This document shows positions 30,975 through 42,550 of a stretch of DNA of 52,780 nt, in pieces. Under the pieces are notes generated by a model that was not told where the DNA came from, did not search any database, and saw only the letters and a program-made list of their open reading frames with translations. Position numbers and translations under genes: made by a program. Each line of letters begins with the position of its first letter. Position 1 is the stretch's first letter. Source of the stretch: Gammaproteobacteria bacterium (GTDB lineage: Bacteria; Pseudomonadota; Gammaproteobacteria; JAUHZG01); assembly GCA_030425845.1 (NCBI GenBank), contig JAUHZG010000001.1:1-52780 (forward strand). The letters are read 5' to 3'.

Positions 30975-31832
30975 CTAAACCGCAGCCGCCCCTGAAACAA
31001 TTTCAGAGAGCTCTTTGGTAATAGCCGCTTGACGAGATTTGTTGTAAATCAACTCTAACTCGTCGATTAAATCACCTGCATTATCGGTGGCATTTTTCAT
31101 TGCGATCATTGTCGCACACTGCTCACACGCCACATTTTCTACGCAAGCTTGATAGATCTGAGACTCGACATAGCGTGCCATCAAGGTATCTAACAAAAAC
31201 TTAGGATCAGGCTCATAGACATAATCCCAAGAGTATTTACGGGGTAAGTCACTCGCCGACAACGGTAATAACTTCTCAACCGTAGGCTGCTGTGTCATGG
31301 TGTTGACAAAATCATTAAACACCAAGTAAATCGCATCCAATTTTTCTTCAAGGTAGGCATCCATCATCACCTTCGCGGCACCAATGATAGAGTCTAGCTT
31401 CGGCTTGTCGCCCAAGTCCTCGACGTTCGCTACAATGTTCGCGCCAAAACGTGATAAAAACACACGTCCTTTACGACCGATCGTAGCAAAATCTAAGTCA
31501 ATCTTGCTGTCAACAAACTGCTTACCGTGCTCCATCATCTTACGGAACAAGTTTGCATTGAGACCACCACATAAACCTCTGTCAGTGGAAACAACAATGT
31601 AGCCAACACGTTTGACTTCTCGCTCTAGCATAAAAGGATGCTTGTACTCAGGATTGGCTGCTGCCAAATGCCCAATCACTTCTCGCATCTTTTGCGCGTA
31701 AGGACGCGATGCTTGCATCCTATCTTGCGCTTTACGCATTTTACTCGCCGCCATCATCTCCATCGCACGCGTAATTTTTTGCGTACTCTTGATGCTGGTG
31801 ATTTTGGTTCGGATCTCTTTACTGCCAGGCAT
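30975..31832 (-). CDS. atpG: F1 ATP synthase gamma subunit
   Basis: [36 protein letters not shown] canonical N-terminus. [16 protein letters not shown]-terminus. Confidence 0.95.
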   Translation of the reverse strand: MPGSKEIRTKITSIKSTQKITRAMEMMAASKMRKAQDRMQASRPYAQKMREVIGHLAAANPEYKHPFMLEREVKRVGYIVVSTDRGLCGGLNANLFRKMMEHGKQFVDSKIDLDFATIGRKGRVFLSRFGANIVANVEDLGDKPKLDSIIGAAKVMMDAYLEEKLDAIYLVFNDFVNTMTQQPTVEKLLPLSASDLPRKYSWDYVYEPDPKFLLDTLMARYVESQIYQACVENVACEQCATMIAMKNATDNAGDLIDELELIYNKSRQAAITKELSEIVSGAAAV

Positions 31833-31841
31833 TGCCTCACC

Positions 31842-33383
31842 TTACCAAGTTTGTGTCTCTTTAAACGTTTCGATCACTTTACGCATGTTGCCAATGATCT
31901 CATCGTTGTAATCAGGGTTCGCGTTAATGCTTGCCACCAAGTCTTTGTGCTCACTGTTAATGTAAGACTCAAGCGCTTGATGGAAGTCAACGATTTTCTC
32001 TACTTCAACATCATCCACGAAGCCTTCCATTACCGCATAGAAAACGAAAGCAATCTCGGCCACAGACAGTGGAGAGTATTGCTTTTGCTTTAATGTTTCA
32101 GTCATACGCTGACCACGTTCTAGCTGTTTGCGTGTCGCTTCATCAAGATCAGAAGCGAACTGCGCGAAGGCTGCAAGCTCACGATATTGCGCAAGCGAGA
32201 TACGAATCGTACCAACAAGCTTCTTAATCAGCTTAGTCTGAGCCGCGCCACCAACACGCGATACAGACAGACCCGCATTAATCGCTGGACGGATACCTGA
32301 GTTAAACAAGTCAGTTTCCAAGAAGATCTGACCGTCAGTAATAGAAATCACGTTAGTTGGTACAAACGCAGAAACGTCACCCGCTTGTGTTTCAATAATA
32401 GGTAGAGCCGTTAGTGAACCGGTCTTACCCTTAACAGCACCATTCGTCGCTTTTTCAACGAACTCCGCATTCACACGTGATGCGCGCTCTAACAAACGAG
32501 AGTGTAAGTAGAATACATCACCAGGGTATGCTTCACGACCAGGAGGACGACGAAGTAGCAATGATACCTGACGGTACGCCCACGCTTGCTTAGTTAAATC
32601 ATCATAGATAATAAGGGCATCTTCCCCTCTATCACGGAAGTACTCACCCATCGCGCAACCAGAGTAAGGTGCAATGTACTGAAGTGCCGCCGCATCAGAC
32701 GCATTCGCAGCCACGATGATTGTGTGATCCATCGCACCGTGCTCTTCTAATTTGTGAACCACGTTAGCAATCGAAGACGCTTTCTGACCAATAGCCACAT
32801 AGATACATTTAACGCCTGTGCCTTTTTGGTTGATGATAGCATCAATCGCCACAGCCGTTTTACCGGTTTGGCGATCACCAATGATAAGCTCACGCTGGCC
32901 ACGACCAATTGGCACGAGTGTATCAATAGACTTAATACCTGTTTGCAGCGGTTGATCAACAGATTGACGTTCAATCACACCAGGAGCAACTTTCTCAATC
33001 GGTGATGAACCAGCCGCCACAATCGCGCCTTTACCATCAATCGGATGGCCTAAAGCGTCAACGACGCGTCCTAATAAACCTTCACCGACAGGTACTTCAA
33101 GAATCTTACCTGTACATTTTACGCGTTGGCCTTCTTCTAAGTGCTCGTAGCTACCTAAAACCACCGCACCAACAGAGTCACGTTCTAAGTTAAGCGCCAT
33201 CCCGTAAGTGTCGCCAGGGAACTCGATCATTTCCCCTTGCATCACATCGGTCAAACCGTGAATACGGATGATCCCGTCTTTAAGCGAGATAATGGTACCT
33301 TCGGTACGCGTCTCTGCTTTGACGTCGAATTTTTGAATGCGCTCTTTAATGAGATCACTAATTTCTTCAGGATGTAGCTGCAT
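31842..33383 (-). CDS. atpA: F1 ATP synthase alpha subunit
   Basis: GDRQTGKT P-loop and canonical alpha-subunit sequence. Confidence 0.97.
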   Translation of the reverse strand: MQLHPEEISDLIKERIQKFDVKAETRTEGTIISLKDGIIRIHGLTDVMQGEMIEFPGDTYGMALNLERDSVGAVVLGSYEHLEEGQRVKCTGKILEVPVGEGLLGRVVDALGHPIDGKGAIVAAGSSPIEKVAPGVIERQSVDQPLQTGIKSIDTLVPIGRGQRELIIGDRQTGKTAVAIDAIINQKGTGVKCIYVAIGQKASSIANVVHKLEEHGAMDHTIIVAANASDAAALQYIAPYSGCAMGEYFRDRGEDALIIYDDLTKQAWAYRQVSLLLRRPPGREAYPGDVFYLHSRLLERASRVNAEFVEKATNGAVKGKTGSLTALPIIETQAGDVSAFVPTNVISITDGQIFLETDLFNSGIRPAINAGLSVSRVGGAAQTKLIKKLVGTIRISLAQYRELAAFAQFASDLDEATRKQLERGQRMTETLKQKQYSPLSVAEIAFVFYAVMEGFVDDVEVEKIVDFHQALESYINSEHKDLVASINANPDYNDEIIGNMRKVIETFKETQTW

Positions 33384-33392
33384 GTCCTACCC

Positions 33393-33932
33393 TTATTCCA
33401 TACATAATTGATGATAAAGTGAGTCAAGATGTGTCTTAATTGACCCATCAATAACCAAGTCGTCAGCACGAACAATCGCGCCACCGAGTAACAATTCATT
33501 GACGTCAACCGTCAAATCGATTTTGAAGTTAAGTCGCTTAGAGAGCGCGGCTTCAAACTTCGCACGCTGATCATCGCTCATCGCAAAAGCGGTGGTGATG
33601 TTGACCGGTAAGATCTTCTCTTGTGCGAGTTTGTACTCTTCAAATAAGACCGATACCTCGTCAAGCACGCCTAGTCGTTGCTTGTTAGCAACGAGTTTTA
33701 AGAAGTTTTCGGCTTCTGTGAATAAGTGCTTGCCAGCGATTCCTTTGAATAGTTCAAACAAATCATCTGGCGACACTCTAGGATCGGTCAGCAAATCAAT
33801 CACCGCACTATCGGCGGCCGCATACCCTACAACCCCAAGAAAAGCTGACCACTTGTCGATGGTGCCAGCATCCTTGGCTGCATCAAAGGCAGCTTTGGCG
33901 TAAGGTCTTGCAACAGTTGTACTAGTTACCAT
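33393..33932 (-). CDS. atpH: F1 ATP synthase delta subunit
   Basis: TVARPYAKAAF N-terminus, size and operon position. Confidence 0.9.
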   Translation of the reverse strand: MVTSTTVARPYAKAAFDAAKDAGTIDKWSAFLGVVGYAAADSAVIDLLTDPRVSPDDLFELFKGIAGKHLFTEAENFLKLVANKQRLGVLDEVSVLFEEYKLAQEKILPVNITTAFAMSDDQRAKFEAALSKRLNFKIDLTVDVNELLLGGAIVRADDLVIDGSIKTHLDSLYHQLCME

Positions 33933-33936
33933 GCGA

Positions 33937-34407
33937 TTAAATCTCTTCGGCTAAACTATCGAGTAATTGCTTGTTCTTATCCGCATCGATATGCGCTTTG
34001 ATAAGCTTCTCAGCACCCGCGACGGCAAGTGTCGCGACTTTGGCACGCAACACTTGCTTACTCGCTTCGACTTCACGCTCAATCTCAGCTTGAGCGCCAC
34101 CGATAATACGCTGACTTTCTTCTTTGGCTTGCACACGTGCTTCTTCGATGATCTGCGTTGCGCGCTTTTCTGCTTGCTCCAGTATCGTCTGTGCATGCTC
34201 TTTGCTCTCACGCAATTGTTTTGCAACAAGTTGCTCAGTTTGCGCGAGCTCTTTTTGAGAACGCTCAGCGGCTGCTATACCGTCAGCAATCTTCTCACGA
34301 CGTTCGTCGATTGCTTTTAGCAGCAAGGGCCACACAAATTTCATCGTAAACACAGCGAAGATCAAAAATGTGATCATCTCGCCAAATAAGGTTAAATTAA
34401 TATTCAC
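33937..34407 (-). CDS. atpF: F0 ATP synthase subunit b
   Basis: Single N-terminal TM followed by a long charged coiled helix. Size and position fit. Confidence 0.9.
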   Translation of the reverse strand: MNINLTLFGEMITFLIFAVFTMKFVWPLLLKAIDERREKIADGIAAAERSQKELAQTEQLVAKQLRESKEHAQTILEQAEKRATQIIEEARVQAKEESQRIIGGAQAEIEREVEASKQVLRAKVATLAVAGAEKLIKAHIDADKNKQLLDSLAEEI

Positions 34408-34435
34408 CTAACACTCCAAAGTCTTGCGTTGTTTG

Positions 34436-34747
<312 letters not shown>

Positions 34748-34765
34748 TTAAAGGGTCACAAACAC

Positions 34766-35593
<828 letters not shown>

Positions 35594-35599
35594 TCACTG

Positions 35600-35968
35600 T
35601 TAACCGTTTAACGTTAAAATCATTGGCACCAACACAAACATCAGCTGTGCCACTATGTATCCTACAATCAGTGGGACAAAATTTACCGGCAATAGTACCG
35701 CACAAAGTACGAATAATACTACTGTTAAACTAAACTTTATCGCCTCCGCCAGATAAAAGCGCATCATCACGACTCTTATCTGCGACGCCCCCCAGCGTGA
35801 AAGTGCATAAGCACTAAACCCCACACTCGGCAAGAAATTAATGAAGCCGCCAACCAAACACGATAAGCCATCGCGCTGTCCACGCAGCAACCACCAACCA
35901 AGTGTAAAGAAAAAGACCACCACTAACTGCGTTAGTAAAGCCTTTTTCACCACTCCTTTAAATCGCAT
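35600..35968 (-). CDS. atpI: ATP synthase protein I
   Basis: Small 4-TM protein in the first operon position. The ATG at 35968 (MRFKG...) gives about 122 aa. The TTG at 36043 would overlap the predicted promoter. Confidence 0.7.
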   Translation of the reverse strand: MRFKGVVKKALLTQLVVVFFFTLGWWLLRGQRDGLSCLVGGFINFLPSVGFSAYALSRWGASQIRVVMMRFYLAEAIKFSLTVVLFVLCAVLLPVNFVPLIVGYIVAQLMFVLVPMILTLNG

Positions 35969-36030
35969 TATCGCTGGATTTTGCGTGGTGCTCGTCACTT
36001 CTTCCTCGCCTCGAGGCAAAACTCGCGCGC

Positions 36031-36059
36031 AGTATAATGTCAAAGCAATAGTTGCGCAA
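36031..36059 (-). promoter_or_regulatory. Candidate sigma70 promoter of the atp operon
   Basis: On the minus strand, TTGCGC (36059-36054), a 17-nt spacer, then TATACT (36036-31). It lies about 60 nt upstream of the atpI ATG. Pattern match only. Confidence 0.3.
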
Positions 36060-36195
36060 CCGCTAAAGGATGAGTTTTCGCGGCAAGCAATCTCTATTTA
36101 GGGTAGAACAAATAATGCCCCACACTCAATGTCAACCATCAGGTGTGTTATGGTTGGTATAGATTTAAAGGGAGAGAAACCTCAAAGGAACGAAT

Positions 36196-36753
36196 ATGGA
36201 AGAAGTCACCCAAGAGGGAAGCTATGACAGTGTTGCCGCCGCCATTCAGTGGGTACAGCTTGCAACTAAAGCTGAACTCGACGAGTTGGTCGCGAGCTAC
36301 AGCGCCAAAGATCCTTACTCTGCCATTGAGTGGGTAAAGCTTGCCTACGCTTTAGCCCGTGTCGGTGAACAAGCCCGGGCATTGCAAACCATCAGCACCG
36401 CACTGCCCCTAGTATTGGACTCACCCTATGCCGGTGAAGCACACATTATTTATCGTGATCATGTTGAGAATAAAGTCGAACTTAAGCTAACACCTAAGAC
36501 ACTCGAAAAACTTGGGATCCATCTCGGTGAACAGAAGTGGTACAGCGAAGCCAGCTGGTGCCTGTATTTCGCCGCGATGTTAGGTGAGGGTGACGAGCAA
36601 GAAGACGCCATTGAGCGCTTGTTTGAGTTAGGTGAAAAAGCTCGCCAAGAATTAAACAAGCAAGATGCAAGCGCCATCTTTCAAATGATTGTCGATAAAT
36701 TCGAAACCAGTGAGTTCGCCAGCATTGCGAATGTAAAGCTAGGGGAGATGTAA
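36196..36753 (+). CDS. Hypothetical acidic all-helical protein, 185 aa
   Basis: Clean ORF with a GGAACG/AAAGG RBS region. It has an internal duplication, AIQWVQLA (res 16-23) and AIEWVKLA (res 43-50). No family recognised. Confidence 0.55.
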   Translation: MEEVTQEGSYDSVAAAIQWVQLATKAELDELVASYSAKDPYSAIEWVKLAYALARVGEQARALQTISTALPLVLDSPYAGEAHIIYRDHVENKVELKLTPKTLEKLGIHLGEQKWYSEASWCLYFAAMLGEGDEQEDAIERLFELGEKARQELNKQDASAIFQMIVDKFETSEFASIANVKLGEM

Positions 36754-36930
36754 TCTTAGTGGTGTGACAGCTCCAAATCCCCCTCACTGCAAATATAATC
36801 AATAAGTTACCAAACAGACCGAATGTTCTGTAGTACAGCATGCGCCACACCCCATATTTTTTTGTCTGTAAAATAAGATATGGTACTCTTGCGCGCAGCA
36901 TTAAGCTGTCAAAGAGTGAATATATAAAAT

Positions 36931-39621
36931 ATGACCAAATCAACATCTTCATCCTCCTCATCATCAGCAAGCAGTGCATCAGGAGATCACGGAGAGTATA
37001 CCCAAGAACAACAAGAAAAAAGTGCAGCAAGCCTTGCTTATGTTGCGCGTCTCGCTGTCATGGCACTGTTCTATCAATATTTTCACTTGCAAACTTATTA
37101 CAACGGTATTGAGGTTAAGTACCGTGATTTTGAGGGGTTAGTCCCTCAAGATCCATTCCCCGTTAATTTCAGCGCCCCCTATTATGGCACCACGCAAACA
37201 TTCAACGGTAATGCAACGTTACACCTTTCACCCTATGATCCGAACCAACCTTTCAGCGGTGCCCTCCAAAGTTTACTTAGTATCGGAGCCGAACCCACGC
37301 TCAATACGCTGATAGCCAATCTTGCCATCACTTCGGCAGCTAGTGTCGCCGCCTGTCAGATGATCTTCGTCTTACCCGTTGTTGTTTTAGCTATCAATAA
37401 ATTGGGTGAGAAAATTGCCCAAAAGTCTAGAGAACTCGGCAAAGCCGCCAACTGGTACCGCAAACAAGCGCTGTCTGATTTTCACTTTGCGATGTTAAAC
37501 CTCTCTTTAGGCTGGCACTTACCCACCTTGCTCTCAGCCTACCGTTTATCCGAACTCAACTTCACACCAACGGTTAGCGTCACAGCTGACTTACTGTTAG
37601 ATAACATCACCCCTCTACCTACCATTAAAGCAGAACTTCCAGCACTTCGCTTTGGCTACAACAAAGTAACCAGTTGGTTTTGGTACATCTTCCAAATTAC
37701 TTGGCCACAAGCCCCGCAAGAAACGGTGGTTTGTAGTACCACGCCACACCCACTGAACATCTCAATGGGCGGGGGACCAGCACCGTTTCCAAATGTGTTT
37801 GACTGCCCAGTCAATGGAACCGGAATACTCGCTGGTGAAGCGATGCTTTCAACGCTGACAAACAGCAAACCGGGAAAAAGCTATTTGGATATAGCAGCCA
37901 GTCTTTCACAAACCGCGGATAATTTTCTTAACGGCCTTCTGGCTAACGATACGCTTATTTCCAACGCTTATTATTTATCACTTCAAATAGCGCCTTGGTT
38001 GCTTCTTGCTATCGCCTTAGTCCCTTTTGTGAATGCAGCCATTGACTCATGCAAAAAGAAAAAAAGCAGTCTCGCTAATCAACGTAACGGAGGTAGCGAC
38101 TATGATGCGACTACGAGTGGTGGTGCAAACCAACTGCTACTCCCAGCAACTGCTGACCAAGCCGCTAAGCCGGCTTGTCTGTTTGACACCTTGGAAGACC
38201 TACTCACCGAACAAGGGCGAGGTATTCGCAAGCTCACCCTGACTTACGTTGTCGTGGCATTTTTATATTCCTGCTTATCAAATTATCTTGCCCTGATTGG
38301 CACACTTGCTGAGACGAACTGTACCACTGATAAAAGCCTTATTGGGGTAACCGGTTTTGTCTTCAAAAACCTTATCTTGTACATGAACCCTAGCTGGATT
38401 AAACCTGAAGACGGTACCTGCAGTGACAGCGAGCTCTACTTCTTTGAAGGGGCAGATGCGACCAACCCCACCACTTTCATCTCGACCCTCACACTCACTA
38501 TTTCTATGTTTTATCTGATTGGTGCCAGTCTGCAGCTTGCAAATTACATTAAAAATGGATTTAAACATAAAGAAGATAGCGCACTTGTGAAGCTTTACCG
38601 TCGCCTCGACAGCGCATTAGATAAACCTTTTACCGCCTCTTCACGTTGGTTCCAACGCTATATCGTCAATACCACAACAACGCGAACCCTCTTTCAATAT
38701 ACCACCAGTATGCTAGGCATGAATGCTGTATTTTCTTTCGCGGTGGCAGGCCTTGCTAAAGCGTATAAAACAGGTGAAGACAATAATGGCGTCTATCCTA
38801 CATTTTGGCAATTCCTCTTTGGTCTGTTTAACACCTGCAAAACTGATCGCGATATACAAATCAAAAGTGGTTTTATGTCCAACTTTATCTTCAGCCTCTA
38901 TTACAACAGTTTGTTCTTCGTCACTGCCGGTGTAACCATGTATCTAGCCTGTGCGATTAAAAACAAAGGCAAACGCCATACACTCGAGTCGGATGTGGAC
39001 ACTGGGACAGCGGGGTCTGCACCAAGAGCAGCTGCGGGTGGAGCCGTATTCAGTAGTGAAACAGGAAACATCGGAGTCAGCGCAGTTCCTAATAATGATG
39101 ACGCCATGGAGAATGGTGACTCAGGTTACGTCGCACCCCAGTTGTTATCCACACACTTCAAGGGGGCAACCCCATACGCCTCTAGGCTGCAAACCGCCTC
39201 ATGCTTTATGAGCGCGGCCCTTATTACCCTAGCTTACGGTCTACCTAGCACCACTATCACTAAACACTTAGAAAGTAGCTATGGTGCTTGCTCTGTGTTA
39301 TCGCTGATGGCAGGTGTACTCAGTACCGCGCAATTTACTCTGTTGAAATTCTTGAGCGCTGGCAACGAGCAAAGCGAAGGCCCCAACAGCAAAATGGATA
39401 AGGCTCTCTCGTTTTCGAAGAAAGCACTACTACCAACCCTTATCGCCCTTACCGCAGGGAGTATCGCCTATGGTGCTAACACGGGTGCAGGCAGTAGCAG
39501 TAATACGTTTACCTTTACCATACTCGCAAGTGCTAGCCTAGCTGCCAGCCTTACGACCCGCTACGTCAACCCGATAGAGAAGAGCGACATGGCTTACGCG
39601 CCTGCGGTTGGTGATTTCTAA
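36931..39621 (+). CDS. Large (896 aa) multi-pass membrane protein, Ser/Thr-rich, no recognised family
   Basis: Uninterrupted 2.7-kb ORF. Poly-Ser N-terminus (STSSSSSSSASSAS), at least 10 hydrophobic segments, Cys-containing loops and low-complexity Gly/Ala/Ser linkers. Confidence 0.7.
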   Translation: MTKSTSSSSSSSASSASGDHGEYTQEQQEKSAASLAYVARLAVMALFYQYFHLQTYYNGIEVKYRDFEGLVPQDPFPVNFSAPYYGTTQTFNGNATLHLSPYDPNQPFSGALQSLLSIGAEPTLNTLIANLAITSAASVAACQMIFVLPVVVLAINKLGEKIAQKSRELGKAANWYRKQALSDFHFAMLNLSLGWHLPTLLSAYRLSELNFTPTVSVTADLLLDNITPLPTIKAELPALRFGYNKVTSWFWYIFQITWPQAPQETVVCSTTPHPLNISMGGGPAPFPNVFDCPVNGTGILAGEAMLSTLTNSKPGKSYLDIAASLSQTADNFLNGLLANDTLISNAYYLSLQIAPWLLLAIALVPFVNAAIDSCKKKKSSLANQRNGGSDYDATTSGGANQLLLPATADQAAKPACLFDTLEDLLTEQGRGIRKLTLTYVVVAFLYSCLSNYLALIGTLAETNCTTDKSLIGVTGFVFKNLILYMNPSWIKPEDGTCSDSELYFFEGADATNPTTFISTLTLTISMFYLIGASLQLANYIKNGFKHKEDSALVKLYRRLDSALDKPFTASSRWFQRYIVNTTTTRTLFQYTTSMLGMNAVFSFAVAGLAKAYKTGEDNNGVYPTFWQFLFGLFNTCKTDRDIQIKSGFMSNFIFSLYYNSLFFVTAGVTMYLACAIKNKGKRHTLESDVDTGTAGSAPRAAAGGAVFSSETGNIGVSAVPNNDDAMENGDSGYVAPQLLSTHFKGATPYASRLQTASCFMSAALITLAYGLPSTTITKHLESSYGACSVLSLMAGVLSTAQFTLLKFLSAGNEQSEGPNSKMDKALSFSKKALLPTLIALTAGSIAYGANTGAGSSSNTFTFTILASASLAASLTTRYVNPIEKSDMAYAPAVGDF

Positions 39622-39628
39622 TCGTGTC

Positions 39629-39871
39629 TTAAAGCAAAATGGCGTTGTTGAGTGCAGAGATCCAAAAAGGATCCGTGCATTTGTCGTTTTCGGTGATGAT
39701 TGACAGGTCGATTTTTTGATCGCCAATATTGGACTTCATTTCAGCAAGAACTGCTGGCTTTGCCAAAATCACTTGCTCTAACACCGACTTATCCTCTACA
39801 ACCAACACAAGATCGATATCGCCGCCTTTTTTTGAGTTGTCCGCTCGACTACCGTATAAATACACTGTCAA
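39629..39871 (-). CDS. Minimal nucleotidyltransferase (MNT / NTP_transf_2-type), orphan
   Basis: 80 aa. LYGSRADNSKKGGDIDLVLV matches the GSx10-12(D/E)xD polymerase-beta-type nucleotidyltransferase motif. It starts 14 nt after the parB stop. Confidence 0.7.
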   Translation of the reverse strand: MTVYLYGSRADNSKKGGDIDLVLVVEDKSVLEQVILAKPAVLAEMKSNIGDQKIDLSIITENDKCTDPFWISALNNAILL

Positions 39872-39885
39872 CCATTATCTACCCT

Positions 39886-40785
39886 CTAAGTCAACTTTTG
39901 CAGTAAGTCTTCTAGCTGCTCTAGCGATTTGTAGCCTATTTGGATTTTTCCTTTTCCGGTCGCTTGGTGCTTAATGTTGACATTGAGTCCTAGCAAGTGG
40001 GAAAGCTGCTTTTGTAGACGCTGCACATCCGGATCGGGGGACTGTGCTTTGCTTATCTTGCCGGCCTCATCACGGTTACGCACGAGACTTTCGGTCTGAC
40101 GTACACTCAACCCAAGGTTAGCGATTTGGCGCGCCATTGCCGCTTGAGAGTCATTATCGAGAGCTAATAAGGCTTTCGCATGACCTAACTCTAAATCCCC
40201 TTGCTCTAGATAACGTAACACAGAGGGCTCGAGAGATAACACGCGCAGTAGATTGGTCACGGTAGTACGTGACTTACCCACCGCATCGGCTACTTGCTGA
40301 TGAGTCAGCTCACACTCTTCCACCAAGCGCTTTAAGGCAAACGCTTCTTCTACGGGGTTCAGTTGCTCACGTTGGATATTTTCGATCAAGGCTAAGGCCA
40401 TTGCCGTCGCATCATCCATCGTACGCACCAGTGCGGGGATCGTCTCTAATCCCGCTAAGGTCGACGCACGCCACCTACGCTCACCGGCGATCAACTCAAA
40501 CTTCTTACCCGTAGTCTCTCGTACCACAATCGGCTGGATCACACCTTGCGCTTTGATAGAGTCCGCGAGTTCTTTCAATGCCTCGTCTTTGATATCACGA
40601 CGCGGCTGATAGGGGCTGGGGATAATAGCCTCAATAGCGATGTAACGAAGCCCGTCGCCTGTCTGCACAGGAGAGGCCGTCGCTTCTTTTGATTCTTTGA
40701 CTGCGACTTCGGCACTGGCTTTAGGACCAGACATTTCACCCAGCAGGGCGCCTAGATTACGACCTAATGCTTTTCTTTTTGCCAC
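39886..40785 (-). CDS. parB: Chromosome partitioning protein ParB
   Basis: LGRNLGALL N-terminus, ParB box IQPIVVR...ELIAGERRWRA, HTH region. Confidence 0.9.
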   Translation of the reverse strand: MAKRKALGRNLGALLGEMSGPKASAEVAVKESKEATASPVQTGDGLRYIAIEAIIPSPYQPRRDIKDEALKELADSIKAQGVIQPIVVRETTGKKFELIAGERRWRASTLAGLETIPALVRTMDDATAMALALIENIQREQLNPVEEAFALKRLVEECELTHQQVADAVGKSRTTVTNLLRVLSLEPSVLRYLEQGDLELGHAKALLALDNDSQAAMARQIANLGLSVRQTESLVRNRDEAGKISKAQSPDPDVQRLQKQLSHLLGLNVNIKHQATGKGKIQIGYKSLEQLEDLLQKLT

Positions 40786-40796
40786 AACAGGGCTCC

Positions 40797-41603
40797 TTAC
40801 GAGACAACGGCTTCTTCAGTGGATTCGGGGGTAGCAAATTCAGCTTCTCTTCTGGCGATGATCTCTTTTGCCAATTCGAGGTAAGCTTTTGCGCCAGGGG
40901 ATTGCTTATCATAAACGATCGCAGGCAAGCCATAACTTGGGGCCTCAGCTAAACGGATATTTCGTGGGATCACGCTTTGATAAACTTTATCACCAAAATG
41001 TTCTTCTAACTGGGAGGACACTTCGGCTGTTAAACGACTACGCCCATCATACATTGTCTTTAAGATCCCTTCGATCCCAAGGTTAGCATTCACGGTTTGA
41101 TGAATTTGCTCTACGGTCTTTAGCAAGCTCGATAAGCCTTCGAGGGCATAGTATTCACATTGCATGGGGATCAAGACACCGTTGGAAGCCACTAGCGCAT
41201 TAAGCGTTAACATATTCAGTGAAGGCGGGCAGTCAATTAAGATATAATCATAACGGTCACGTACTTTCACCAGCGCTTGTAACAAACGGTGCTCACGGCG
41301 AGTCATTTCAAACAAGCCAATTTCTGCTGCGGTCAAGTCACTATTGGATGGAAGAACATCAAAATCAGCAGGACAGGTCTGAATCGCCTCCTGCACATCG
41401 GCTTCATCGAGCAACACTTCGGTCACCGAGGATGAGAGCTCATGTTTGTTGATCCCTGATCCCATAGTCGCATTGCCTTGAGGATCCAAATCGACCAATA
41501 AGACACGCCATTCCAATGCCGCAAGTGAAGCGGCAAGGTTCACTGTCGTTGTTGTCTTACCTACACCACCTTTTTGATTCGCTACTGCAATTACTTTAGC
41601 CAC
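40797..41603 (-). CDS. parA: Chromosome partitioning ATPase ParA/Soj
   Basis: Deviant Walker [18 protein letters not shown]. The GTG at 41603 gives about 268 aa (VAKVIAV...), the normal ParA length. The ORF-track ATG at 41717 would add an atypical 38-aa extension. Confidence 0.88.
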   Translation of the reverse strand: MAKVIAVANQKGGVGKTTTTVNLAASLAALEWRVLLVDLDPQGNATMGSGINKHELSSSVTEVLLDEADVQEAIQTCPADFDVLPSNSDLTAAEIGLFEMTRREHRLLQALVKVRDRYDYILIDCPPSLNMLTLNALVASNGVLIPMQCEYYALEGLSSLLKTVEQIHQTVNANLGIEGILKTMYDGRSRLTAEVSSQLEEHFGDKVYQSVIPRNIRLAEAPSYGLPAIVYDKQSPGAKAYLELAKEIIARREAEFATPESTEEAVVS

Positions 41604-41811
41604 GCTTTGTTCCAATTGTATATTTTTCGCCCATAAAGGCCGGGTTATCTGTGCTGCCCCTACACTAAAGTGAATAGCCAGCTTGGTCAAGGCGCAGTAT
41701 ACCGCCAGTGCCGGCACAAGGCTATGTCTACGCCTCTTGCACTGAAACTGTCACTTGACCACGGTATCCATAAAGCCCAGACTGGTGCTAACACATCAAA
41801 GGAGGTTCAAG

Positions 41812-42420
41812 ATGACCAGTGCGACATTAGTACATGAGATTATAAACTTCTGGTTTGCAGGACTTGATGAGCACGGTCAGTTACCTCAAAGCCAAAAAGC
41901 AAAATGGTGGCAAAAAGATAACGCCTTCGATCAATCCATTAAGACGCAGTTTGCCAGCGCTGTTGAGAAAGCCGCGGCGGGAGAATTTGATAGCTGGCAA
42001 GCAACTGCCGAAGGATCTCTGGCTTTACTTATCTTACTCGATCAGTTTACCCGCAATATCTATCGCAATGATCCTAAAGCCTTTGCTAGCGATCCCAAAG
42101 CGCGGGCCATTTGCCACCACCTCTTAGAACAAGGCCAAGACAAAGCCCTGCACCCAGTGCAACGGGTTTTTACCTACTTACCACTGGAGCACAGCGAATC
42201 TCTTGACGACCAACATCACTGTGTCGAACTGTTTAACGCTTTACATGACGAAGTAGGAGAACAGAATAAACAAGAGTTTGCTTATTACCTTGATTACGCA
42301 CACAAACATTTCGAGATCATCGAGCGCTTTGGACGCTTTCCCCATCGCAATCAAGTATTAGGCCGTGAATCAACAGCCGATGAGTTGGCATATTTGTCTG
42401 AGCCAGGGGCAAGGTTTTAA
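41812..42420 (+). CDS. DUF924-family protein
   Basis: LLILLDQFTRNIYRN and YLPLEHSESLDDQ motifs. The ATG at 41812 follows an AAGGAGG RBS. Confidence 0.8.
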   Translation: MTSATLVHEIINFWFAGLDEHGQLPQSQKAKWWQKDNAFDQSIKTQFASAVEKAAAGEFDSWQATAEGSLALLILLDQFTRNIYRNDPKAFASDPKARAICHHLLEQGQDKALHPVQRVFTYLPLEHSESLDDQHHCVELFNALHDEVGEQNKQEFAYYLDYAHKHFEIIERFGRFPHRNQVLGRESTADELAYLSEPGARF

Positions 42421-42436
42421 ACGATAAAACTAGCTC

Positions 42437-42475
42437 TGATGACAACTTAGCCCTGTACACCTAAAGTTGGCATCA
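42437..42475. terminator. Hairpin between convergent genes (possible bidirectional terminator)
   Basis: Arms TGATGACAACTT and AAGTTGGCATCA are 11/12 complementary with a 15-nt loop. Flanking U-tracts are weak. Confidence 0.35.
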
Positions 42476-42550
42476 AAATATTATAATAAATTCAATGTGT
42501 TACAGAGGTATAGGCAAATATAAAGTGACACTTTAGATTAGCCGAGGAGC

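Noticed and set aside
31638-32093. 151-aa + strand ORF spanning the atpG/atpA junction
   Set aside because: It is antisense to two of the most conserved genes in the window. It is Arg/His/Leu-rich shadow-frame sequence with no RBS.
36494-37030. 178-aa minus-strand ORF bridging the 185-aa and 896-aa genes
   Set aside because: It overlaps both better-supported + strand genes in antisense. Its composition is Trp/Arg/Leu-rich and it has no start context. It is most likely a spurious long frame in an AT-rich spacer.
39538-39871. Complete HEPN-MNT toxin-antitoxin pair
   Set aside because: Only the MNT half is present. The overlapping 62-aa ORF (39538-39726) has no Rx4-6H HEPN motif and lies inside the 3' end of the 896-aa gene.
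40797-41717. 306-aa ParA with a 38-residue N-terminal extension
   Set aside because: The extension ([19 protein letters not shown]...) is unlike any ParA. A GTG at 41603 gives the canonical [17 protein letters not shown] start and normal length.
39872-41811. parS centromere sites (TGTTTCACGTGAAACA-like) around parAB
   Set aside because: I found none by eye in or next to parAB. A pattern search allowing mismatches over the whole window and genome is needed before concluding absence.
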